Of a stretch of DNA of 64,000 nucleotides, positions 22,760-32,893 are shown in pieces; positions within the stretch are counted from its first letter, which is position 1, and each line of letters opens with the position of its first letter. Source of the stretch: Dehalococcoidia bacterium (GTDB taxonomy: Bacteria > Chloroflexota > Dehalococcoidia > Bin125); NCBI GenBank assembly GCA_963663895.2, contig CAXXRD010000001.1, positions 96,001 to 160,000 of the forward strand, in the 5' to 3' direction. The notes beneath the pieces were generated by a model, which was not told the origin of the DNA, ran no database searches, and worked only from the letters and a program-made list of their open reading frames with translations. The position numbers and the translations under genes are program-made.

Positions 22760-23638
22760 CTAACGGACGCCTGCCTTGTGCAAGAGCGGCTTCGTGTTGA
22801 CAACGTGTCCATCCAGCCCCAGCTTGTCTGGCTCGATCCCCATGGCCAGCCCGATGAGCTGCGGCAGGTGCAGAATCGGCAGATCGAGCTTGCGGTGAAC
22901 GACACGCGCGGCGTCGTACTGCTGCGCGTCAAGGTTGAGGTGACAGAGCGGACAGGGCGTGACCAGCGCATCGGCACCGCTGTCCTTCGCCTCACCCACG
23001 TGCCCACCCGCCATCGCAAGTGAGTTGCGCTTGTTTGTCGTGAGGATCGGGAAGCCGCAGCATTTCGTCATGCCGTCGTACGTCACGACGCTCGCCCCGA
23101 CCAACTCAATCGCCGATTCCAAGCTGCGACGCCGGTGGGGATGCTCTGCAAAGCCGAGGACGCGCTCCGGACGGAGGATGTAGCACCCGTAGAACGGACC
23201 GAGCTTCAGCTCCGCTAGCGGCCGCTTGATCAGGCTGCGAAGCCTGTCGTCTTCCAAATCCTCGAACAGGGCCCAAAGCAGGTGCCGCGGCTTCGTGTCG
23301 CCCGTATATTCCAAGCCTTCAGGCGCAAGGCGCTCGTTGATGCGAGCACGGTATTCCTCGTTCTCAAGCTTTTCGACAGCGAGGCTGTGCACGCCGATGC
23401 AGGTCGAGCATATATCAATCAGCGGCAAGCCCAACTTAGAGGCCATCGCCAGCGTGCGCGCGTTGAGAACATCCTGCAGGTAGGGATCGCCGTCGGAAAT
23501 GATTCCGGCGCCCGTGCAGGCAGCCGCCTCTAGCTCGACCAACTCCATGCCGATGTGCTCGGCGACCGCCTTGGTGGCGGTATAGAGCTCCGGAGCGGCG
23601 CCGCGAGAAACACAGCCGGGCCAGAAAGCGTACTTCAT
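22760..23638 (-). CDS. CCG-domain (HdrB-like) anchor subunit of type E succinate dehydrogenase
   Basis: YAFWPGC, ACTGAG, CSTC, FYGCYILRP, KCCGFP, TPCPLCHLNLD. Overlaps the sdhB stop by 1 nt. Confidence 0.88.
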   Translation of the reverse strand: MKYAFWPGCVSRGAAPELYTATKAVAEHIGMELVELEAAACTGAGIISDGDPYLQDVLNARTLAMASKLGLPLIDICSTCIGVHSLAVEKLENEEYRARINERLAPEGLEYTGDTKPRHLLWALFEDLEDDRLRSLIKRPLAELKLGPFYGCYILRPERVLGFAEHPHRRRSLESAIELVGASVVTYDGMTKCCGFPILTTNKRNSLAMAGGHVGEAKDSGADALVTPCPLCHLNLDAQQYDAARVVHRKLDLPILHLPQLIGLAMGIEPDKLGLDGHVVNTKPLLHKAGVR

Positions 23639-24672
23639 CAGTGCGCCATGAGCGCGGAAGACCGCTCTGCTGCGAAAGCCTCGGCATCCACAGCGCTTCG
23701 GGCTTTCTCTGCCTCGACTTCATCGAAGATACGGCGGATCTGTCGGCGGCCTTCGCGGTTCGCGCCGTGCCGCTTGGCGGCCATGATCAACTTGCGACTC
23801 TTCAGCAAGCGCAGCGCACCGGGCGTGTAGCCAATCAACTCCGGGATGGCCCCGAGACGGACGCCGGCCGAGAGGATCGGAAGAGTCGCCTCGTCCAAGC
23901 GGCCGCGTTTCCGCACGCCGCCCCGGAAAGCGTTGGAGTGCCGGGAGCCGTGATTATTGGTGATCCCCTCCCGCATCGCCTCGGTGCGGAGCTCCATGAT
24001 CGCGTCCATCGGCAGCACGTCCTTGGGACACGCCTCAATACACATGAAGCAACGCGTACAGTCCCAGATCCCGTGCTTCTCGGAGAGAAACTCCAGGCGC
24101 TCGTGTTTCTGGGAATCGCGGCTATCGAAGACGAAGCGGTAGGCCTTGGCCAGCGCCGCCGGACCGAGGAATTTAGGGTCGGCAGCAACCACCGTGCAGT
24201 CGGAGTAGCAGGCTCCGCAGTGGATGCAGGTCGCGGTATGGGACCAGCGGTCAAATTCCTCCTTGGCGGTGTGGTATTCCCGGGAAGGCGGGTCTTGGTC
24301 CGGAATCTCCTGCAGCCAGGTCTCCGCACGCTCAAACGCGTCCAGAAAGTTCGAGATGTCGACGACCAGGTCCTTAACAACCTTCTGATTGCCCATGGGC
24401 GCCACGCGAATTGGATCGCCCCGCTTGACGATATCGGTCACCTGGGTCTTGCAGGCCAGCATGCTGCGGCCGTTGACCTTCATCGCGCAGGAGCCACAGA
24501 TCGCGTGCCGACAGGACCACCGAAAAGAAAGCGTGCCGTCCTGCGCCCATTTAATGCCGTTCAGACAGTCAAGCACGGTCTGGCCGGGCTCGTACTCAGC
24601 GGTGAACTGCTGCTCGTAGCTGCGCTCCGTGACGGGATCGTAGCGCTCGATGACGAAGTCTTGCTTTGGCAC
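23638..24672 (-). CDS. sdhB: Succinate dehydrogenase/fumarate reductase iron-sulfur subunit
   Basis: SCRHAICGSC, LACK, CIHCGACYSDC, CTRCFMCIEACP. Confidence 0.93.
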   Translation of the reverse strand: MPKQDFVIERYDPVTERSYEQQFTAEYEPGQTVLDCLNGIKWAQDGTLSFRWSCRHAICGSCAMKVNGRSMLACKTQVTDIVKRGDPIRVAPMGNQKVVKDLVVDISNFLDAFERAETWLQEIPDQDPPSREYHTAKEEFDRWSHTATCIHCGACYSDCTVVAADPKFLGPAALAKAYRFVFDSRDSQKHERLEFLSEKHGIWDCTRCFMCIEACPKDVLPMDAIMELRTEAMREGITNNHGSRHSNAFRGGVRKRGRLDEATLPILSAGVRLGAIPELIGYTPGALRLLKSRKLIMAAKRHGANREGRRQIRRIFDEVEAEKARSAVDAEAFAAERSSALMAH

Positions 24673-24690
24673 CAGATATCTCCGCGCCGG

Positions 24691-26421
24691 CTAGTATCTG
24701 CGCTCTTCGAGCGGGAACGGATCGCGGTACTGCGGCTGCATGTTGACATCAGCATACGCGAGACGGGGGCCATCGTCCGTGCGGTAGGCAAGCGTGTGCT
24801 TGTGCCAGCGCTGGTCGTCACGGGTGGGGAAATCCTTGCGGAAGTGCCCGCCTCGACTCTCTTCACGCGCGAGGGCCCCCGTGACGATCACTTCCGCATA
24901 CTCCAGCATATGCCCGAGCTCGATCGCTTCGACGAGATCCGTATTGAACTGCCAACCCTTGTCGTCGATGGAGATCCGCTGGTAGCGCTCCTGCAGGTTC
25001 TTGAGCATGCGCAAGCAGTTCTCCAGCTGCGGTCTGGTGCGAAAGACTCCACAGTCGACCATCATCACCTCGCGCAGCTCTTGGCGAATGGCACCCGCGC
25101 GTTCTGGGCCGTCGCTCTTGAGTAGCCCATCGACCTCCGCAACAGCCCTCTGGAGATCACCCTCCTCGATACGCGTGGGCGCGAGATCCGGCACTGCGGT
25201 GCGGATCGCGCGCCCGGCACGCCGCCCGAAAACGACCGCTTCCAAGAGAGAGTTGGTCCCCAAGCGGTTCGCACCGTGCACGGAAACGCACGAGCACTCT
25301 CCGGCCGCGTAGAAGCCAACGATCGGCCTGTCATTCTGATCCTTGAGCCGCACCATCCCATCGACATCACAGGGGATCCCGCCCATTGAGTAGTGCGCGG
25401 TGGGTTGAATCGGCACAGGCGCTTGCAGCGGATCGATCCCCGCGAAGTCACGGGCCAGATGGAGCACGGAGGGCAGGGCGTAGCGAATACGCTCCTCTCC
25501 GATCGGACTGAAGTCCATGAACACGGAGTCCTTCTTATCGGTGACGCCGCGCCCTTCATCGATCTCGGTCTGCTCCGCGCGTGCAACGATGTCCCGGGGC
25601 GCGAGTTCCATGCGCTCGGGCGCATAATCCTCCATGAAGCGACGTCCCTCGGCATTGAGGATGTGCGCGCCCTCACCGCGGGCCGCTTCGCTCAGCAAAA
25701 TGCCGGAGCCCTGCAAACCGGTGGGGTGGAACTGCACGAACTCCATATCTTCCAGCGGGATGCCGGCCCGGTAAGCCATCACGATGCCGTCGCCGGTCGA
25801 GGCAGCGGCGTTGGTAGTGGTTTGGAAAGCGCGCCCGTAACCCCCGGTTGCGAACAGCACGGCCTTGGCTGCAATGGCGTCGATCTGCCCGGTGAGGATG
25901 TCGTAGACCACAATCCCCTGGCAAACGTTGTCACGCAGAACCAGGTCTAGGGCATACCACTCGCTATAGACCTTCACACCTCGACGGAAAAGCTGCTCAA
26001 ACAGGACCGTAAGCAGCGCGTGGCCCGTGCGATCGGCCGCGTAGACAGCCCGCGGCTGGGTATGGCCGCCGAAGCGCCGCTGCGCGATGAGGCCGTTTTC
26101 GAGGCGGGAGAAGGCGCATCCCCAATGCTCCAGCTCGAAGATGTTCTCCGGCGCTTCCCGGGCAAGGATCTCAGCCGCGTCCTGGTCGGCGAGGAAGTCG
26201 GCACCTTTGACGGTGTCGTACATGTGCAGTTCCCAGGAGTCCTCGTCATTGGAGTTATTGAGGGAAGCAGCGATCCCACCCTGCGCAGCACCGGAGTGAG
26301 AGCGCAGCGGATGAACCTTCGTGAGAAGCGCAACGTCGAGGTCGGGATCCTCACTCACCTCAAGCGCAGCGCGCATGCCAGCGAGACCCGAACCGACGAT
26401 GAGCACGCCATGTTCCAGCAA
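24691..26421 (-). CDS. sdhA: Succinate dehydrogenase/fumarate reductase flavoprotein
   Basis: GSGLAG, RSHSGAAQGG, QFHPTG, HYSMGG, HGANRLG, ESRGGH. GAGGAG SD before TTG. Confidence 0.96.
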   Translation of the reverse strand: MLEHGVLIVGSGLAGMRAALEVSEDPDLDVALLTKVHPLRSHSGAAQGGIAASLNNSNDEDSWELHMYDTVKGADFLADQDAAEILAREAPENIFELEHWGCAFSRLENGLIAQRRFGGHTQPRAVYAADRTGHALLTVLFEQLFRRGVKVYSEWYALDLVLRDNVCQGIVVYDILTGQIDAIAAKAVLFATGGYGRAFQTTTNAAASTGDGIVMAYRAGIPLEDMEFVQFHPTGLQGSGILLSEAARGEGAHILNAEGRRFMEDYAPERMELAPRDIVARAEQTEIDEGRGVTDKKDSVFMDFSPIGEERIRYALPSVLHLARDFAGIDPLQAPVPIQPTAHYSMGGIPCDVDGMVRLKDQNDRPIVGFYAAGECSCVSVHGANRLGTNSLLEAVVFGRRAGRAIRTAVPDLAPTRIEEGDLQRAVAEVDGLLKSDGPERAGAIRQELREVMMVDCGVFRTRPQLENCLRMLKNLQERYQRISIDDKGWQFNTDLVEAIELGHMLEYAEVIVTGALAREESRGGHFRKDFPTRDDQRWHKHTLAYRTDDGPRLAYADVNMQPQYRDPFPLEERRY

Positions 26422-26480
26422 AGGCGATCGCCCTCCTCAATGCGCTCGGTCGTGATTCGGTCCTGATTCTCGCGGCTCAG

Positions 26481-26509
26481 ATGCTATCACCGGCATTCGG
26501 ACCGTTCAA
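26481..26509 (-). promoter_or_regulatory. Sigma70-type promoter of sdh operon
   Basis: TTGAAC-17 bp-TAGCAT with extended TG. Confidence 0.6.
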
Positions 26510-26514
26510 TTAAA

Positions 26515-26537
26515 GTGGGAGGGTAGCGGTGGGAGGG
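26515..26537. repeat. 9-bp direct repeat upstream of the sdh -35 box
   Basis: GTGGGAGGG at 26515-26523 and 26529-26537. Confidence 0.55.
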
Positions 26538-26566
26538 CCGAACAGCTTAGCCAACGGTCGATACGA

Positions 26567-27154
26567 TCAATCGGCGCGGTAGTCCTGGATAGTCCGCACA
26601 CCACGCGAACCGATGGCGCTTAGTGCGAGCGAGTGGAGCATCAGCAGGGACTTCGCATCCTCGACTTCGCCTTCCCGAACAAGCTGCATGCTCTCCTCAA
26701 GCGTATAGCGTTCCACGAAGAGCAACTCGTCTTCATCGGGGCGTGCCGGCACGCGCGTGCAATCACGCGCGAGGTAGCCATGCATGTACTCCGTGGCCCA
26801 GCCCGGCGAAATCCAAAAGCGGTGCACTCTCTCCAGCCGACCAGGCCGCAGCCCCACCTCCTCCTCCAACTCTCGCGCAGCAGCGATCTGGGGGTCTTCA
26901 CCAGCGTCCAGGGTACCTGCGGGCAGCTCGAGCAGAGCGCACTCCGCCGGCGTCCGCCACTGGCGGACGAATGGGATCATGCCTCCGGCTTCCAGCGCGA
27001 GGATCACGACGGAGCCAGGATGCTCCACCACCTCACGCTGCGCAGTCCGTCCGTCTGGGAGGCGGACGCTATCGCGCCGGAGCCTGAGAACCTGACCGTC
27101 GTAGAGGCGCTCGCTGCTTGCGGTCTCCTCGCGGAGCGCGTCAGCGGGGGGCAC
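26567..27154 (-). CDS. NUDIX hydrolase (ADP-ribose pyrophosphatase-like)
   Basis: REVVEHPGSV, ELPAGTLDAGEDPQIAAARELEEEVG Nudix box. Confidence 0.9.
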   Translation of the reverse strand: MPPADALREETASSERLYDGQVLRLRRDSVRLPDGRTAQREVVEHPGSVVILALEAGGMIPFVRQWRTPAECALLELPAGTLDAGEDPQIAAARELEEEVGLRPGRLERVHRFWISPGWATEYMHGYLARDCTRVPARPDEDELLFVERYTLEESMQLVREGEVEDAKSLLMLHSLALSAIGSRGVRTIQDYRAD

Positions 27155-27641
27155 GCGAGCGAAGATCGATGGCGACGGCGATCTCGTCGCAGCGGGCATA
27201 CTTGGGACAGCGCAGGCACTCATTCCAGACCTTGAGGGGGAAGCTGGAAACGGCGGCCTGCGTAAAGCCGCACTTCTCAAAGAACTCCGGACTGGTGGTG
27301 AGCGCGAAGACTGTCTTCATATCGAGTTCGACCGCCTCGTCCAAGCACGCCTCCACCACCAGAGAGCCGAGACCTTGCCCTTGATACTCGGGAGCAACCA
27401 CGAGTGACTTGATCTCCGCCAGGTCCTTCCACTCGATATGGAGGGCGCCTGCCGCGGCAATGCGGTCTTCATCGCGTACGACAACGAAGTCTCGCAATGT
27501 TTCGTAGATCTCACCCTCAGTCCGCGGCAGGACCACGTCCGTCTGGACCCAATAATCGATCAGCCGCCGGATCGCGCCGACATCGTCAACGCGGGCTTTC
27601 TCCGCCAAAAGCCGACTAGCAGGGGATTGAGTGACGGTCAT
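27141..27641 (-). CDS. argA: Short GNAT N-acetylglutamate synthase-like acetyltransferase
   Basis: IYETLRDF, AEIKSLVV, QGQGLG, VFALT, KVWNECLRCPKYARCDE. Confidence 0.82.
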   Translation of the reverse strand: MTVTQSPASRLLAEKARVDDVGAIRRLIDYWVQTDVVLPRTEGEIYETLRDFVVVRDEDRIAAAGALHIEWKDLAEIKSLVVAPEYQGQGLGSLVVEACLDEAVELDMKTVFALTTSPEFFEKCGFTQAAVSSFPLKVWNECLRCPKYARCDEIAVAIDLRSRAPR

Positions 27642-27754
27642 GGCCTTCGAGATCACAACGCCTCGCTGCGGCGAGCGCGGTTCTGTCCTCTTAAGGTAGC
27701 CCATGCGCGATTGAAGCGCCGTCGCTCGCGCAACGCTCTCTCCCGAAGATCGCT

Positions 27755-28648
27755 CTAGGAATCTCCCTTGGGAGACGAGGAGTGTGCGGCCGCGTCGTCG
27801 AGCCAGCCGAGGCGGCGACCGAGCTGCCCGTAAAAGGGATCGTTCCAGAAGCGCAGCAGGCGCGCGACATGACTGCTCCGTTTGACACCGACCGTGCTCG
27901 TCCCGCTCATCTCGTGCTGGCCCTGACCGTCGATGCTGAGCGCGGTGGTTCCCTCTGTCACAGCCGACAGATCGATCACGGCATTGTCCGGCAATACGAT
28001 CGGCGCGGCGGTTGCGAGATGGGACGCGACCGGCGTGACCACGAGACTGCGGGAAAGCGGATGGAGAACGGGCCCACCAGCCGACAGTGAATAGCCCGTG
28101 CTCCCGGTCGCCGTAGCAACGATCACGGCATCGGCGGTGATCACCCCGATGAGATCACCATCGACATGGACGTTCACCGCGATCGGGCGACCTACCGACT
28201 GCCGGCCTACGATCACGTCGTTGAGCGCTTGCACGTGCCGAGGCGCGTCCGCAGCGGCGAATCCGCTCATCCGCACGTCGATCATCGCGCGCTCCTCGAT
28301 CCGGCCGTGTCCTTGAAGCACCTGGGGAAGCCGCTCCAAAAGCTGCGGAGCGGTGCACTCGGTGAGAAACGCGACCCGTCCCATATCCACGCCGAGGATC
28401 GGAATCGCGTACGGGATCACCGCGCGCGCCGCGCGCAGGACCGTCCCGTCGCCGCCCAGGCAGATCAGCAGGTCCGTGCCCGGAAGATCACGCGTTGATG
28501 CGACGGGATCGAAAGCGGAGGCCACCCAAACGGCACGACCACCGCCTTCCACACTCTCAATATGCTTGCGCAATTGCTCGGCGAACGTCCGAGCAGGAAG
28601 GTGCGTAGGGTGGTGGTAGATCCCGACCGTACCGTACTCACCGGTCAT
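27755..28648 (-). CDS. nadK: NAD(+) kinase
   Basis: GGDGTVL, ALNDV, TATGSTGYSLSAGG, IDGQ. Confidence 0.93.
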   Translation of the reverse strand: MTGEYGTVGIYHHPTHLPARTFAEQLRKHIESVEGGGRAVWVASAFDPVASTRDLPGTDLLICLGGDGTVLRAARAVIPYAIPILGVDMGRVAFLTECTAPQLLERLPQVLQGHGRIEERAMIDVRMSGFAAADAPRHVQALNDVIVGRQSVGRPIAVNVHVDGDLIGVITADAVIVATATGSTGYSLSAGGPVLHPLSRSLVVTPVASHLATAAPIVLPDNAVIDLSAVTEGTTALSIDGQGQHEMSGTSTVGVKRSSHVARLLRFWNDPFYGQLGRRLGWLDDAAAHSSSPKGDS

Positions 28649-29390
28649 AAGCGTTCCCCTTCGCACGGGGCGTACGCATCCACAGTAAGCATTCTCGATT
28701 GCCGTTTGCGCCTCGAATGGGCGAAGCGAGTATGCCTCCTATGCGCCACGCACGATCCCGGGCCGTCCCCGCCACGGCTGCGACGGCAGCCGCCCGGTAG
28801 CCAGGGTCACGGACGACGCCGCAATAATCGACTGCCGACCGCTCCACTTCAAACTGCGGCTTAACCAACACAATGACATCGGCACCGGGTTGAGCGACCG
28901 CCTCGATCGCAGGCAGAACCGCCGTCGCCGAAATGAACGCGAGATCCACAGTGACGAGTTCGGGAGGCGGATCCAACACTGAGAGCGCGCGCGCATTGGT
29001 TCCGTCCATGATCACCACTCGCTCATCACGCGACAAACGATCGTGCAATTGTCCCTTGCCAACATCGACCGCGTAGACACGCGCCGCTCCACGCTGCAAG
29101 AGGAGGTCCGTGAAGCCCCCCGTACTGGCTCCTAAGTCGGCGCACACACGGCCGCTGACCCCGAGCGGCCACGCCTCTAGCGCAGCCCGCAGCTTCAGTC
29201 CGCCCCGTGAAACGAATTCCTTATCGGGAGTCAGGGTGAGTGCGACATCGGCGTCGAGTTGCATGCCGGGTTTGTCGTAAACCCGCGCCCGACCGTACAC
29301 GCGCCCGGCCATGATCAGCGCGCGTGCTCGTGCGAGCGTGGACGCAAATCCACGGTCGATGAGGATCTGATCAAGCCGACGTTTCGGCAC
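28638..29390 (-). CDS. tlyA: TlyA family rRNA 2'-O-methyltransferase
   Basis: S4 domain KRRLD, VSRGGLKL, DLGASTGGFTD, LVKPQFE. Confidence 0.95.
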   Translation of the reverse strand: MPKRRLDQILIDRGFASTLARARALIMAGRVYGRARVYDKPGMQLDADVALTLTPDKEFVSRGGLKLRAALEAWPLGVSGRVCADLGASTGGFTDLLLQRGAARVYAVDVGKGQLHDRLSRDERVVIMDGTNARALSVLDPPPELVTVDLAFISATAVLPAIEAVAQPGADVIVLVKPQFEVERSAVDYCGVVRDPGYRAAAVAAVAGTARDRAWRIGGILASPIRGANGNRECLLWMRTPRAKGNAYDR

Positions 29391-29437
29391 GCCGTCAGCC
29401 TAGCAAGGTGAGGAGCTAAGAACCGACGTCCGGACGC

Positions 29438-30784
29438 CTAGGCGCTCTCCTGTTGTAGGAGTCCGTCATCTGACTCAGCGGGCTCGCCGGGTTCGCTTTC
29501 CAAAGTGCGGAGCTCTATGGGCAAACCAGCCTCGGTGAAGAGGAGCGGACGCTGGCCCTGCAAGACCGTCTCCGCGCCCACCACGCACTTGCGCACCTCC
29601 GGACGACTTGGGATATCGAACATCACGTCCAGCAACAGGTCCTCGATCACCGTGCGGAGACCGCGCGCGCCCGTATGCTCCCGCAGCGCGACATCCGCGA
29701 TCGCTTCCAGAGCTTTAGAGGGAAGCACCAACTCTACATCGTCGAGGGCAAGAAAGCGCTCGAACTGGCGCACGAGGGCGTTCTTCGGATCGGTGAGTAT
29801 GTGGACCAAGTCATCCCGGCCCAGCGGATCCAGCGCGACGGCCAGCGGAAGTCGCCCCACGAACTCCGGAATGAGCCCGTACTTGAGCAGGTCGTCGTGC
29901 GTAACCTCCCGCAGCAGGTTCTCCTCTCGACCGGCAGCCGTGGAATGCGAGGCGCCAAAGCCGAGCGTGCGGCTGCGCCCGACCCGCCGGTCGATGATGG
30001 CCGCAAGACCCTCGAACGCTCCGCCACAGATGAAAAGGATCTTCGACGTGTCGATCTGGATGAAGTCCTGGTGCGGGTGCTTGCGACCGCCCTGCGGCGG
30101 CACCGATGCCACCGTGCCCTCAATGATCTTAAGCAACGCTTGCTGCACCCCTTCGCCGGAGACATCGCGCGTGATAGAGGGATTGTCAGCTTTGCGCGCG
30201 ACCTTATCGATCTCGTCGATGTAGACGATGCCGCGCTCCGCACGCTGCACGTCGTAGTCCGCAGCCTGAATAAGGTGCAGCAAAATGTTCTCGACGTCCT
30301 CGCCAACGTAACCAGCCTCCGTCAGAGCCGTCGCATCCGCGATCGAGAACGGGACGTCGAGAATGCGAGCTAACGTGCGCGCCAAGAGCGTCTTCCCCGA
30401 CCCCGTCGGCCCCACCAGCAGGATGTTGCTCTTCTCCAACTCCACATCGGCAGTATTCGCATCGCTCTCTGCGATCCGCTTGTAGTGGTTGTAGACGGCG
30501 ACCGCCAGGACCTTCTTCGCCTGCTCCTGGCCGACGACGTACTCCGCCAGCCGTTCGTAGATCTCCTGGGGCGGAAGCGGCTTCGCGGGGGCAGCAGCGG
30601 CCTTGGTACGCGTCGTCGCGGAGCTGCCAGCCTCCTCGACGATGATCTCCCGACAGAGCTCCACGCATTCGTCGCAGATATAGACCGCACCAGGACCAGC
30701 GATCAGGCGCTTAACCTGATCTTGGTTCTTGCCACAAAACGAGCAGTGATACTGAACGCGGCTGCCGCCAGTGTTGTCCGCCAC
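29438..30784 (-). CDS. clpX: ATP-dependent Clp protease ATP-binding subunit
   Basis: CSFCGK zinc finger, [25 protein letters not shown]. Confidence 0.98.
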   Translation of the reverse strand: MADNTGGSRVQYHCSFCGKNQDQVKRLIAGPGAVYICDECVELCREIIVEEAGSSATTRTKAAAAPAKPLPPQEIYERLAEYVVGQEQAKKVLAVAVYNHYKRIAESDANTADVELEKSNILLVGPTGSGKTLLARTLARILDVPFSIADATALTEAGYVGEDVENILLHLIQAADYDVQRAERGIVYIDEIDKVARKADNPSITRDVSGEGVQQALLKIIEGTVASVPPQGGRKHPHQDFIQIDTSKILFICGGAFEGLAAIIDRRVGRSRTLGFGASHSTAAGREENLLREVTHDDLLKYGLIPEFVGRLPLAVALDPLGRDDLVHILTDPKNALVRQFERFLALDDVELVLPSKALEAIADVALREHTGARGLRTVIEDLLLDVMFDIPSRPEVRKCVVGAETVLQGQRPLLFTEAGLPIELRTLESEPGEPAESDDGLLQQESA

Positions 30785-30811
30785 GCGCCTGTCCTTCGTC
30801 GCCCTGCGCCG

Positions 30812-31462
30812 CTAAGAAGCGGCCCGGACTTCCGAGTCCTTCTCCTGCTCGTGCAGGACATCGTCGACGAGACCGTAGTCCTTTGCGCCCTGCGCATCGA
30901 GATAAAAGTCGCGGTCGGTATCGCGCGTAATCACCTCAAGGCCCTGACCGGTGTGCCGAGCCAGAATCCCGCGAATGATCTCGTTGTTACGCAGAATCTC
31001 CTTTGCCGCGATCTCGATATCAGACGCCTGGCCGCGCGCGCCCCCCATCGCTTGATGCATATGGATGGTGGCGTTCGGCAGAGCGTAGCGCTTCCCAGGC
31101 GCGCCCGCCGCCAGGAGCACGGTCCCCATCGAAGCGGACATCCCCACACAGATCGTCGACACGTCGGGCCGAATCAATTGCATCGTGTCGTAAACCGCCA
31201 GTCCAGCCGAGATCACGCCGCCGGGGCTGTGAATATAAGCGTTAATGTCCCGATCGGGATCTTCCCGCTCGAGATAAAGGAGCTGCGCGATGATCAGGTT
31301 CGCGATCTGATCATCAATGGGCGTGCCAATGAAAATAATCCGCTCTCGCAGGAGCAAGGAGTAGATGTCATAGGCCCGTTCGCCACGGCTCGATGTCTCT
31401 ACAACCATCGGCACGATGTTCTTGATAGGGGTTTGGGGAGGCATCTGATCCAGGGGCGTCAT
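30812..31462 (-). CDS. clpP: ATP-dependent Clp protease proteolytic subunit
   Basis: [25 protein letters not shown]. Confidence 0.97.
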   Translation of the reverse strand: MTPLDQMPPQTPIKNIVPMVVETSSRGERAYDIYSLLLRERIIFIGTPIDDQIANLIIAQLLYLEREDPDRDINAYIHSPGGVISAGLAVYDTMQLIRPDVSTICVGMSASMGTVLLAAGAPGKRYALPNATIHMHQAMGGARGQASDIEIAAKEILRNNEIIRGILARHTGQGLEVITRDTDRDFYLDAQGAKDYGLVDDVLHEQEKDSEVRAAS

Positions 31463-32820
31463 TCGGTCTCCTTCGCCGCGTCTTCGATCGGGGTCTCATT
31501 GGCAGGCTCTGCCGAATGCCCGTCCGCCGGTGGCATCTCTCCATCCGCCGCTCCGGGCTGCTCGGCGATCGAGGCGAGCCGTTCCAGCGTACGCTTCGTC
31601 GTTAGATTCTGACGGAGAACCGCCCGGCCCGCTTCCGTGTCGAAGGCGGCGCGGACTTGTTCCCCCTCCGGTCCTTGACCAGCCATACGGGCGATTTCGG
31701 CATCGATATCAGCGTCGCTCACCTCGATCGATTCGGCTTCCGCGACTTCCGCGATCAAGATGCTGCGGAGCACGCGCTTGGAGGCTTCCGGTCGCAAGCG
31801 CTGTGCAAGCTCTTGCGGATCGCTTTCCAGAGCTTGGAGGTACGCCTCCAAGCTCTGGCCTTGCCCCCGCGCCGCGTCCGTGAGCATGTGCTCGATCTCG
31901 CGGTCCACGAGCAGCGCCGGATATTCGACCGTCGCCTGCGCCGCCAGCGCGTCGAGCAGCGCGTCGCTGAAATCAGCTTCCACGCGCTGCTCCAGTCCGG
32001 CTCGCAGATCCGCCACGACACGGGCGCGCAATGCCTCGAACGTCTCAAATTCGCCGACCTCGGATGCGAAATCGTCGTCCAAGTCCGGCAAGAGCTCACG
32101 CTTGACCTCGTGCACAGTGACGGTAAACGTCGCAGCCTTGCCGGCCAGCTCTCCATGATCGAAATCCTCTGGGATATCGATCTCGATACGATGTCGGTCG
32201 GGTCCGGGAGCCAAGCCGACGATTCGCTCCGCAAGGCCGGGCACCACGAACGCACCTTCCTCGCGCAGACTGATCTCAACGCCCTCCTGCGCTGCGAAGG
32301 GTTTCCCATCGCTCTCACCCTGGATGTCGATTCGAATCCGGTCGTTGTATGCGACAGGGCGGTCGACGGGCTCGAGCACCGCGTGGCGGCGGCGGAGTTC
32401 GAGCAGCGTGTCCGCGATCTGCTCGTCCGTCACAACCACTGATTCGCGCTGAAGGCGGATCGAACGGTAATCCCCCAAGGAGACGCTCGGACGCACCGGG
32501 ACGGTAGCCTTGAAGCGCAGTGGTTCCAGGTTGAGGATCTCGAGCTCCGGTTGCGCGATGGGATCGATCCCCTCCCGCACGATGGCGTCCTCGTATGCCT
32601 TGGGCACCATGTGATCGGCGGCCTCTTGGAGGAGGCGCCCACGGCCCAGAACGCGCTCGATGAGTTCGCGCGGCGCCTTGCCGCGCCGGAAGCCAGGAAT
32701 CTCCGCACGCAGCGAGAGTCGCCGGTAGGCCCAGTCCATCGACTCGCGGAAGCGCTCGTCGTCAACTTCCACCTCGAGGACCACGCGGGCCTCGGGGATC
32801 TGTTCAGCGGTAACTTTCAT
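31459..32820 (-). CDS. tig: Trigger factor
   Basis: [10 protein letters not shown] signature, FKBP-like middle domain, upstream of clpP-clpX. Confidence 0.96.
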   Translation of the reverse strand: MKVTAEQIPEARVVLEVEVDDERFRESMDWAYRRLSLRAEIPGFRRGKAPRELIERVLGRGRLLQEAADHMVPKAYEDAIVREGIDPIAQPELEILNLEPLRFKATVPVRPSVSLGDYRSIRLQRESVVVTDEQIADTLLELRRRHAVLEPVDRPVAYNDRIRIDIQGESDGKPFAAQEGVEISLREEGAFVVPGLAERIVGLAPGPDRHRIEIDIPEDFDHGELAGKAATFTVTVHEVKRELLPDLDDDFASEVGEFETFEALRARVVADLRAGLEQRVEADFSDALLDALAAQATVEYPALLVDREIEHMLTDAARGQGQSLEAYLQALESDPQELAQRLRPEASKRVLRSILIAEVAEAESIEVSDADIDAEIARMAGQGPEGEQVRAAFDTEAGRAVLRQNLTTKRTLERLASIAEQPGAADGEMPPADGHSAEPANETPIEDAAKETE

Positions 32821-32849
32821 ACTTGGTAGTGGGGCTCCCCGTGCGAATA

Positions 32850-32858
32850 AGTATAGCA
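32850..32858 (-). promoter_or_regulatory. Extended -10 promoter of tig-clpPX
   Basis: TGCTATACT 30 bp upstream of the ATG. Confidence 0.55.
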
Positions 32859-32893
32859 GCGGCCTCTCGCATTACCGGAGCCAACTCCACCCA

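Noticed and set aside
22760-23638. Heterodisulfide reductase / methanogenesis-type gene
   Set aside because: Coupled to sdhAB with no hdrA/C; best explained as a type E SDH anchor.
23641-25125. 494-aa ORF on + strand
   Set aside because: Antisense shadow of sdhA/sdhB.
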